A DNA stretch of 64,000 bases from Squalus acanthias (taxonomy: Eukaryota): positions 136,340,001 to 136,404,000 of the forward strand of contig CM059431.1 of NCBI GenBank assembly GCA_030390025.1. Direction: 5' to 3'. The first letter of the stretch is position 1, and each line of letters starts with the position of its first letter. The notes under the pieces are model-generated. The model ran no database searches, was not told the origin of the DNA, and was given only the letters and a program-made list of their open reading frames with translations. Positions 13,119 through 23,045 of this stretch are shown piece by piece. Position numbers and translations under genes: made by a program.

Positions 13119-15890
13119 CTACACTGCCCTCTGTGGCAATGAGTTCCACAGTTTCACCACCCTCTGAGTGAAGAAATTCCCCCTCATTTCTGTCCTAAAT
13201 GGTTTCGCCCTTATCCTTAAATTATGTCCTCTAGTTCTGTTCTCACCCGCCAAGGGAAACATTCCTTCTGCATCTAGTCTGTCTAGACCTGTCAGAATTT
13301 TATACACTTCTATGAGGTCCCCTCTCAATCTTCTAAACTCCAGTGTGTACATCCCTAAACTACATAGTCTCTCCTCATAGGTCAATCCCGCCATTCCTGG
13401 TATCAGCCTGGTGAATCGGCGCTGCACCCCCTCCATGGCAAGAACATCTTTCCTCAGATGAGGCGACCAAAACTGTACACAGTACTCGAGGTGTGGTCTC
13501 ACCAGTGCCCTGTACAGCTGCAGCAAGGTATCCCTGTTCCTGTATTCCAACCCTTTTGCTCTGAAGGCCAGCATACCGTTTGCCTTCTTGACCGCCTGTT
13601 GCACCTGCATGCTCGCCTTCAGTGACTGGTGTACAAGAACACCCAGGTCTCTCTGTACTTCCCCCTCTCCCAATTTATTGCCATTTAAATAATAATTTGC
13701 CCTCCCGTTCCTGCACCCAAGGTGGATAACTTCGCACTTGTCCACATTATAGTGCATCTGCCATTTATCCGCCCAATCACCCAGTCTGTCCAAATCGCTC
13801 TGGGGCTTCCTGGTCTCCTCCTCTGAGCCCACCCCCCCTCCTAGTTTAGTGTCGTCTGCAAATTTGGAAATGCTGCATCCGACTCCCTGATCCAGGTCAT
13901 TAATGTAAATTGTGAACAGCTGGGGACCCAGGACAGATCCCTGTGGTACCCCACTTGTTACTGCCTGCCATTCAGAAAATGAGCCGTTTATTCCAACTCT
14001 CTGTTTTCTATCTGACAGCCAGCTCTCTATCCACGTCAATACTTTCCCCTTTATCCCATGAGCTTCAATTTTCCATGCTAATCTTTTATGTGGGACCTTG
14101 TCGAAGGCCTTTTGGAAGTCCAGGTACACCACATCTACTGGCTCTCCCCCATCTATTTTACCAGTTACTCCCTCAAAAAATTCCAATAGATTAGTCAAGC
14201 ACGATTTACCCTTTGTAAATCCATGTTGACTCTGTCCTATCCTGTCCCCATTTGCTAAGTGCTCCGCTATTTCATCCTTAATGATGGACTCCAGCATTTT
14301 GCCCACAACTGATGTAAGGCTTACAGGTCTGTAATTACCTGCTTTTTCCCTACCCCCCTTTTTGAATAGTGGGGTAACGTTAGCTACCCTCCAATCCATG
14401 GGCACTGTTCCCGAGTCTAATGAATTCTGAAAAATCATACTTAGTGCATCCGCTATCTCTAGGGCCACCTCCTTCAGTACCCTAGGATGCATGTTATCAG
14501 GCCCTGGGGATTTGTCCGCCTTCAATCCCTTTAGCTTCCTTAACAACATATCCTTAGAGATATTGATTTGCGTCAGTTCCTCCTTTGCCCATGTCCCTAT
14601 TTTTCCCGATATCCCAGGGAGGTTTTTTGTGTCTTCCTTCGTAAAGACTGACCCAAAGTATGCATTTAGTTGGTCTGCCATTTCCTTATTTCCCGTTATA
14701 TATTCCCCCGTATCTGACTGCAATGGACCAACTTTGGTTTTCACCAGTCTTTTCCTCTTGATATACTTATAAAAGCTTTTGGAGTTAGTTTTTATATTTT
14801 CCGCCAGCTTGCTTTCGTAAGCTATTTTGCCCCTCTTGATTAAGCCCTTTGTCCTCCTTTGCTCTATCTTAAACTGTTCCCAATCTTCCGCTCTGGCGCT
14901 TTTTTTGGCTATTTTATACGCCCTATCTTTGGATTTTATGCTGTCTCTAATTTCCCCTGTTATCCACGGTTGAGTCACCTTTTTAGATTTCCTTTTATGC
15001 CAGATTGGTATAAACAATTTTTGCAAATTTGTCATTTTATCTTTAAATGCTTGCCATTGTTTATCTACCTCCAGTCCTCCCAGGAACGTTGTCCAATCAG
15101 ACCTACTCAGTTCCCGTCTAATGGCATCATAATTCCCCTTGTTTAAATTCAGGACCTTAGTCTCTGAGTCAATTTCTTCGCTCTCCATTTCGAGTGAGAA
15201 ATCGATCATGTTATGATCGCTCTGACCCAAGGGTCCCCGTACAACAAGATTACTAATTAGACCCTTCTCATTGCACAGTACCCAGTCCAATATAGCCTGT
15301 TCCCGAGTTGATTCCTCGACATATTGATCCAGATAACCATCCCTTAAACACTCAAGGAATTCCTCCTCCTCATTATTTTTACTGATTAGGCTAGTCCAAT
15401 CTATATGTAAGTTAAAGTCACCTATGATGACAGCTGTGCTCTTATTGCACGCTTCTCTAATTTCCCTCGTGATGCCCTCCCCAACCTCTATTTTACTATT
15501 TGGAGGCCTATATACCACTCCTATTAATGTTTTTCTCCCCTCGCTATTTCTTAGCTCCACCCATATAGATTCTGTATTAACTGAGTTAATATCCTTCCTT
15601 TCAATTGCATTTATCCCCTCTTTTACCAGCAATGCTACCCCTCCTCCCTTTCTTTTTTGTCGATCCTTCCTAAATACTGAATACCCCTGTATGTTAAGCT
15701 CCCAGCCCTGCTCACCCTGCAACCATGTTTCCGTAATCCCAATTAGATCATAATTATTAACCTCTATTTCCACAGCTAATTCATCTACCTTGTTCCTGAT
15801 GCTTCTCGCATTAAGGTATAAAACCCTCAGGCTTTTTTTATGCTCACATTTTTTATGAATTAGTTTGGCCCTTTGTTTTTTGTTCCTCAC
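13119..15890 (-). CDS. CR1 ORF2p: APE endonuclease + reverse transcriptase, C-terminally truncated by a premature stop
   Basis: Endonuclease motifs YLNARS, ITETW, YRPP, GDFN, SDH; RT motifs YLDFQKAFD, GVPQGSVLGP, FADD. TAG at 13119-13121 replaces the Glu codon. The frame continues ASSLNIFKRELDIFLQAKGVKGYGEKAGTGY to TGA at 13023-13025. Confidence 0.93.
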   Translation of the reverse strand: MRNKKQRAKLIHKKCEHKKSLRVLYLNARSIRNKVDELAVEIEVNNYDLIGITETWLQGEQGWELNIQGYSVFRKDRQKRKGGGVALLVKEGINAIERKDINSVNTESIWVELRNSEGRKTLIGVVYRPPNSKIEVGEGITREIREACNKSTAVIIGDFNLHIDWTSLISKNNEEEEFLECLRDGYLDQYVEESTREQAILDWVLCNEKGLISNLVVRGPLGQSDHNMIDFSLEMESEEIDSETKVLNLNKGNYDAIRRELSRSDWTTFLGGLEVDKQWQAFKDKMTNLQKLFIPIWHKRKSKKVTQPWITGEIRDSIKSKDRAYKIAKKSARAEDWEQFKIEQRRTKGLIKRGKIAYESKLAENIKTNSKSFYKYIKRKRLVKTKVGPLQSDTGEYITGNKEMADQLNAYFGSVFTKEDTKNLPGISGKIGTWAKEELTQINISKDMLLRKLKGLKADKSPGPDNMHPRVLKEVALEIADALSMIFQNSLDSGTVPMDWRVANVTPLFKKGGREKAGNYRPVSLTSVVGKMLESIIKDEIAEHLANGDRIGQSQHGFTKGKSCLTNLLEFFEGVTGKIDGGEPVDVVYLDFQKAFDKVPHKRLAWKIEAHGIKGKVLTWIESWLSDRKQRVGINGSFSEWQAVTSGVPQGSVLGPQLFTIYINDLDQGVGCSISKFADDTKLGGGVGSEEETRKPQSDLDRLGDWADKWQMHYNVDKCEVIHLGCRNGRANYYLNGNKLGEGEVQRDLGVLVHQSLKASMQVQQAVKKANGMLAFRAKGLEYRNRDTLLQLYRALVRPHLEYCVQFWSPHLRKDVLAMEGVQRRFTRLIPGMAGLTYEERLCSLGMYTLEFRRLRGDLIEVYKILTGLDRLDAEGMFPLAGENRTRGHNLRIRAKPFRTEMRGNFFTQRVVKLWNSLPQRAV

Positions 15891-15964
15891 CCTTTTACCA
15901 TTTATTTCTGTCTGCCTTTCACTTTCCTCTATTTCACTACATAGGTTTCTAGCCCCCTGCCATA

Positions 15965-16912
15965 CTAATTTAAATGCTCCCGAACTGCTTTATCAAAAAT
16001 TACCCCGAGAACATCAGTTCCATCTTTGCACAGGTGTAGACCGTCCCTTTTGTATAGGTCACACCTACCACAAAACTGGTTCCAATGCCTCAAAAATTTA
16101 AAACCCTCCCTCTTACACCACTGCTCAAGCCACGTATTTAGCCGAACTATCCTGTTCTCTGTACTCTTACTAGCACGTGGCACTGGTACTAATCCAGAGA
16201 TTACTACCTTCGAGGTCCTACTTTTCAGCTTGGCTCCTAACTCCCTAAATTCTACTTGTAGGACCTCTTCCCTTTTTTTAGCTACGTCGTTGGTACCAAC
16301 ATGTATCACGACAAATAGCTGTTCCACCTCCCCCTCCAGAATGTTCTGCACCCGCGCCAAGACATCCTTGACCTTTGCACCAGGGAGGCAACATACCATC
16401 CTGGAGTCTCGGTCGCGACCACAGAAACCCCTATCTATTCCCCTTACAATCAAATCCCCTATTACTATAGCCCTGCCACTCTTTTTCCCTCCCTTCTTTG
16501 CAACAGAGCCAGTCATGGTGCCATGAGCCTGGCTGCTGGTGCCTTCCCCCGATGAGTCATCCCCCCCGACAACAGCACCTAAGGCGGTGAACCTGTTGCT
16601 AAGGGAGACAACCCCAGGGGATTTCTGCACTACCTTCCTGCCCTTGCTCTGCCTTTTGGTCACCCATGTACTATCTACGCTGGCCTTAACCTGCGGTGTG
16701 ACCAACTCACTAAATGTGCTATCCACAACCCTCTCAGAATCGTGGATGCTCCAAAGTGAGTCCATCCGCAGCTCAAGGGCCGTCATGCGGTCCCACATGA
16801 GCTGCAGCTGGACACACTTCCCGCACACATGGTTGTCAGGGACACAGGAAGCGTCCCTGATTTCCCACATGTTACAGGAGGAGCATGACACAGGTCCGAG
16901 CTCTGCTGCCAT
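15965..16912 (-). CDS. CR1 ORF1p: CxxC..CxxC zinc-finger-like region, coiled coil, SGNH/GDSL esterase-like domain (315 aa)
   Basis: CSSC...CGKC; esterase blocks IVIGD(L)IVR, VIHVGTND and DGLHL. The catalytic Ser position reads Leu (TTG). Confidence 0.9.
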   Translation of the reverse strand: MAAELGPVSCSSCNMWEIRDASCVPDNHVCGKCVQLQLMWDRMTALELRMDSLWSIHDSERVVDSTFSELVTPQVKASVDSTWVTKRQSKGRKVVQKSPGVVSLSNRFTALGAVVGGDDSSGEGTSSQAHGTMTGSVAKKGGKKSGRAIVIGDLIVRGIDRGFCGRDRDSRMVCCLPGAKVKDVLARVQNILEGEVEQLFVVIHVGTNDVAKKREEVLQVEFRELGAKLKSRTSKVVISGLVPVPRASKSTENRIVRLNTWLEQWCKREGFKFLRHWNQFCGRCDLYKRDGLHLCKDGTDVLGVIFDKAVREHLN

Positions 16913-16938
16913 GACTTAACCCTTATATTACTTTTTAA

Positions 16939-19900
16939 TCTGTGATGGTTCTACTCCGGTAGTGGTCTGTGATACTTCTACTCCTGTATTGGTCTGTGAT
17001 GATCCTACTCCTGTAGTGGTCTGTGCTGATTCTACTCCTATAGTGCTCTGGGATAATCCTACTCCTGTAGTGGTCTGTGATGATTCTACTCCTGTAGTGG
17101 TCTGTGATGATCCTACTCCTGTAGTGGTCTGTGATGATTCTACTCCTGTAGTGGTCTGTGATTATTCTACTCCTGTTGTGGTCTGTGATGATCCTACTCC
17201 TGTAGTGGTGTGTGATGATTCGACACCTGTAGTGGGCTGTGATGATTCTACTGCTGTATTGGTCTGTGATGATTCTACTCCTGTAGAGGTTTGTGATGAT
17301 TCTACTCCTGTAGTGGTCTGTGGTGATCCCACTTCTGTAGTGGTCTGTGATTATTCTACGCCTGTAGTGGTCTGTGATGATTCTACACCTGTAGTGGTCT
17401 GTGATGATTCTACTCCTGTAGTTGTCTTTGATGATCCTATTCCTGTAGTGGTCTGTGATGATTCTACTCCTGTTGTGGTCTGTGTTGATCCTATGCCTGT
17501 AGTGGTCTGTGATGATTCTACTCCGGTAGTGGTCTGTGATGTTTCTACTCCTGTAGTGGACTGTGATGATTCTACTCCGGTAGTGGTCTGTGATGATTCT
17601 ACACCTGTAGTGGTCTGTGATGATCCTACTCCTGTAGTGGTCTCTGATGATTCTACTCCTGTAGTGGTCTGTGATGATTCTACTCCTGCAGTGGTCTGTG
17701 ATGATTCTACTCCTGTAGTATTCTGTGATGATCCTACTCCTGTAGTGGTCTGTGATGATTCTACTCCTGTAGTGGTCTGTGATGATTCTACTCCTGTAGT
17801 GGTCTGTGATGATTCTATTCCTGTAGTGGTCTGTGATGATTCTACTCCTGTTCTGGTCTGTGATGATCCTATGCCTGTAGTGGTCTGTGATGATCCTACT
17901 CCTGTAGTGGTCTGTGATGATTCTACTCCTGTAGTGGTCTGTGATTATTCTACTCCTGTTGTGGTCTGTGATGATCCTACTCCTGTAGTGGTGTGTGATG
18001 ATTCGACACCTGTAGTGGGCTGTGATGATTCTACTGCTGTATTGGTCTGTGATGATTCTACTCCTGTAGAGGTTTGTGATGATTCTACTCCTGTAGTGGT
18101 CTGTGGTGATCCCACTTCTGTAGTGGTCTGTGATGATTCTACGCCTGTAGTGGTCTGTGATGATTCTACACCTGTAGTGGTCTGTGATGATTCTACTCCT
18201 GTAGTGGTCTGTGATGATCCTACTCCTGTAGTGGTCTGTGATGATTCTACTCCTGTAGTGGTCTGTGATGATCCTATGCCTGTAGTGGTCTGTGATGATT
18301 CTACTCCTGTAGTGGTCTGTGATGTTTCTACTCCTGTAGTGGACTGTGATGATTCTACTCCTGTAGTGGTCTGTGATGATTCTACACCTGTAGTGGTCTG
18401 TGATGATCCTACTCCTGTAGTGGTCTCTGATGATTCTACTCCTGTAGTGGTCTGTGATGATTCTACTCCTGCAGTGGTCTGTGATGATTCTACTCCTGTA
18501 GTGTTCTGTGATGATCCTACTCCTGTAGTGGTCTGTGATGATTCTACTCCTGTAGTGGTCTGTGATGATTCTACTCCTGTAGTGGTCTGTGATGATTCTA
18601 CTCCTGTAGTGGTCTGTGATGATTCTACTCCTGTTCTGGTCTGTGATGATCCTATGCCTGTAGTGGTCTGTGATGATTCTACTCCTGTAGTGGTCTGTGA
18701 TGTTTCTACTCCTGCAGTGGACTGTGATGATTCTACTCCGGTAGTGGTCTGTGATGATTCTACTCCTGTAGTGGTCTGTGATCATCCTACTCCTGTAGTG
18801 GTCTCTGATGATTCTACTCCTGTAGTGGTCTGTGATGATTCTACTCCTGTAGTGGTCTGTGATGATTCTACTCCTGTAGTATTCTGTGATGATCTTACTC
18901 CTGTAGTGGTCTGTGATGATTCTACTCCTGTAGTGGTCTGTGATGATTCTACTCCTGTAGTGTTCTGTGATGATTCTATTCCTGTAGTGGTCTGTGATGA
19001 TTCTACTCCTGTAGTGGTCTGTGATGATTCTACACCAGTAGTGGTCTGTGATGATTCTACTCCTGTAGTGGTCTGTGGTGATCTCACTTCTTAGGTGGTC
19101 TGTGATGATTCTACTCCTGTAGTGGTCAGTGATGATTCTACACCTGTAGTGGTCTGTGATGATTCTACTCCTGTAGTTGTCTTTGATGATCCTATTCCTG
19201 TCGTGGTCTGTGCTGATTCTACTCCTGTTGTGGTCTGTGTTGATCCTATTCCTGTAGTGGTCTGTGATGATTCTACTCCTGTAGTGGTCTGTGATTATTC
19301 TACTCCTGTTGTGGTCTGTGATGATCCTACTCCTGTAGTGGTGTGTGATGATTCTACTCCTGTAGTGGGCTGTGATGATTCTACTGCTGTATTGGTCTGT
19401 GATGATTCTACTCCTGTAGAGGTTTGTGATGATTCTACTCCTGTAGTGGTCTGTGGTGATCCCACTTCTGTAGTGGTCTGTGATGATTCTACTCCTGTAG
19501 TGGTCTGTGATGATTCTAAACCTGTAGTGGTCTGTGATGAATCTACTCCTGTAGTTGTCTTTGATGATCCTATTCCTGTAGTGGTCTGTGATGATTCAAC
19601 ACCTGTAGTGGTCTGTGATGTTTCTACTCCTGTAGTGGTCTCTGATGATTCTACTCCTGTAGTGGTCTGTGAGGATTCTACTCCTGTAGTGGTCTGTGAT
19701 GATTCTACTCCTGTGGTATTCTGTGATGATCCTACTCCTGTAGTGGTCTGTGATGATTCTACTCCTGTAGTGGTCTGTGATGATTCAACACCTGTGGTGG
19801 TCTGTGATGATTCTATTCCTGTAGTGGTCTGTGATGATTCTACTCCTGTAGTGGTCTGTGATGATTCTACACCTGTAGTGGTCTGTGATGATTCTACTAC

Positions 19901-22900
19901 TGTAGTGGTCTGTGATGATTCTACTCCTGTAGTGGTCTGTGATGATTCTACTCCTATAGTGGTCTGTGATGATTCTACTCCTGTAGTGGTCTGTGATGAT
20001 TCTACACCTGTAGTGGTCTGTGATGATCCTACTCCTGTAGTTGTCTGTGATGACTTTACTCCTGTAGTGGTCTGTGATGATTCTACTCCTGTAGTGGTCT
20101 GTGATGATTCTACTCCTGTAGTGGTCTGTGATGATCCTACTCCTGTAGTGGTCTGTGATGATCGTACTCCTGTAGTGGTCTGTGATGATCCTACTCCTGT
20201 AATGGTCTGTGATGATCGTACTCCTGTAGTGTTCTGTGATGATTCTACTCCTGTAGTGGTCTGTGATGATCCTACTACTGTAGTGGTCTGTGATGATTCT
20301 ACTCCTGTAGTGGTCTGTGATTATTCTGCTCCTGTTGTGGTCTGTGATGATTCTACTCCTGTGGTGGTGTGTGATGATTCTACTCCTGTAGTGGTCTGTG
20401 ATGATTCTACTCCTGTAGTTGTCTTTGATGATCCTATTCCTGTAGTGGTCTGTGATGATTCAACTCCTGTTGTGGTCTGTGTTGAACCTATGCCTGTAGT
20501 GGTCTGTGATGATTCTACTCCTGTAGTGGTCTGTGATGTTTCTACTCCTGTAGTGGTCTGTGATGATTCTACACCTGTAGTGGTCTGTGATCATCCTACT
20601 CCTGTAGTGGTCTCTGATGATTCTACTCCTGTAGTGGTCTGTGATGATTCTACTCCTGTAGTGGTCTGTGATGATTCTACTCCTGTAGTGGTCTGTGATG
20701 ATTCTATTCCTGTAGTGGTCTGTGATGATTCTACTCCTGTAGTGGTCTGTGATGATTCTACTCCTGTTGTGGTCTGTGCTGATTCTATTCTTGTAGTGGT
20801 CTGTGATGATTCTACTCCTATAGTGGTCTGTGATGATTCTACACCTGTAGTGGTCTGTGATGATTCTACTACTGTAGTGGTCTGTGATGATCCTACTCCT
20901 GCAGTGGTCTGTGATGATTCTACTCCTGTAGTGGTCTGTGATGATTCTACTCCTGTAGTGGTCTGTGATGATTCTACACCTGTAGTGGTCTGTGATGATT
21001 CTACTCCTGTAGTGGTCTGTGGTGATCCCACTTCTGTAGTGGTCTGTGATCATTCTACTGCTGTAGTGGTCTGTGATGATTCTACACCTGTAGTGGTCTG
21101 TGATGATTCTACTCCTGTAGTTGTCTTTGATGATCCTATTCCTGTAGTGGTCTGTGCTGATTCTACTCCTGTTGTGGTCTGTGTTGATCCTATGACTGTA
21201 GTGGTCTGTGATGATTCTACTCGTGTAGTGGTCTGTGATGATTCTACTCCTGTAGTGGTCTGTGATGATTCTACTCCTGTAGTATTCTGTGATGATCCTA
21301 CTCCTGTAGTGGTCTGTGATGATTCTACTCCTGTAGTGGTCTGTGATGATTCTACTCCTGTAGTGGTCTGTGATGATTCTATTCCTGTAGTGGTCTGTGA
21401 TGATTCTACTTCTGTAGTGGTCTGTGATGATTCTACACCTGTAGTGGTCTGTGATGATTCTACTACTGTAGTGGTCTGTGATGATTCTACTCCTGTAGTG
21501 GTCTGTGATGATTCTACTCCTGTAGTGGTCTGTGATGATTCTACTCCTGTCGTGGTCTGTGATGATTCTACACCTGTAGTGGTCTGTGATTATCCTACTC
21601 CTGTAGTTGTCTGTGATGACTTTACTCCTGTAGTGGTCTGTGCTAATTCTACTCCTGTAGTGGTCTGTGATGATTCTACTCCTGTAGTGGTCTGTGATGA
21701 TCCTACACCTGTAGTGGTCTGTGATGATCGTACTCCTGCAGTGGTCTGTGATGATTCTACTCCTGTAGTGGTCTGTGAGGATCCTACTCCTGTAGTGGTC
21801 TGTGATGATTCTACTCCTGTAGTGGTCTGTGATTATTCTGCTCCTGTTGTGGTCTGTGATGATTCTACTCCTGTAGTGGTGTGTGATGATTCTACTCCTG
21901 TAGTGGTCTGTGATGATTCTACTCCTGTAGTTGTCTTTGATGATCCTATTCCTGTAGTGGTCTGTGATGATTCCACTCCTTTTGTGGTCTGTGTTGATCC
22001 TATGCCTGTAGTGGTCTGTGATGATTCTACTCCTGTAGTGGTCTGTGTTGATCCTATGCCTGTAGTGGTCTGTGATGATTCTACTCCTGTAGTGGTCTGT
22101 GATGATCCTACTCCGGTAGTGGTCTGTGATGATTCTACACCTGTAGTGGTCTGTGATCATCCTACTCCTGTAGTGGTCTCTGATGATTCTACTCCTGTAG
22201 TGGTCTGTGATGATTCTACTCCTGTAGTGGTCTGTGATGATTCTACTCCTGTAGTATTCTGTGATGATCCTACTCCTGTAGTGGTCTGTGATGATACTAC
22301 TCCTGTAGTGGTCTGTGATGATTCTACTCCTGTAGTGGTCTGTGATGATTCTATTCCTGTCGTGGTCTGTGATGATTCTACTCCTGTAGTGGTCTGTGAT
22401 GATTCTACACCTGTAGTGGTCTGTGATGATCCTACTCCTGTAGTGGTCTGTGATGATCCTACTCCTGTAGTGGTCTGTGATGATTCTACACCTGTAGTGG
22501 TCTGTGATGATTCTACTCCTGTCGTGGTCTGTGATGATTCTACTCCTGTAGTGGTCTGTGATGATTCTGCTCCTGTAGTGGTGTGTGATGATTCTACTCC
22601 TGTAGTGGTCTGTGATGATTCTACTGCTGTATTGTTCTGTGATGATTCTACTCCTGTAGTGGTTTGTGATGATTCTGCTCCTGTAGTGGTCTGTGGTGAT
22701 CCCACTTCTGTAGTGGTCTGTGATGATTCTACTCCTGTAGTGGTCTGTGATGATTCTACTCCTGTAGTGGTCTGTGATGATTCTACTCCTGTAGTGGTCT
22801 GTGATGATTCTACACCTGTAGTGGTCTGTGATGATTCTACTCCAGTACTGCTCTTTGATGATCCTATTCCTGTAGTGGTCTGTGATGATTCTACTCCTGT

Positions 22901-23045
22901 AGTGGTCTGTGATGATCCTATGCCTGTCGTGGTCTGTGATGATTCTACTCCTGTCGTGGTCTGTGATGATTCTACTCCTGTAGTGGTCTGTGATGATTCT
23001 ACTGAAGTGGTCTGTGATGATCCTACTCCTGTAGTGGTCTGTGAT
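16939..23045. repeat. 27-bp satellite, block 2
   Basis: Same 27-mer in the same orientation, resuming in phase after the CR1-A element. Confidence 0.99.

Larger units (their letters stand above)
12923..16938 (-). mobile_element. CR1-clade non-LTR retrotransposon (family A), near full length, 5' UTR truncated
   Basis: ORF1 (Cys motif + SGNH esterase) and ORF2 (APE + RT). The 3' UTR has a GGAGCAGG...CCTGCTCC stem and an (ATCTATGT)n octamer tail at ~12923-12946. Only 26 bp lie upstream of the ORF1 ATG before the satellite resumes. Confidence 0.97.
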
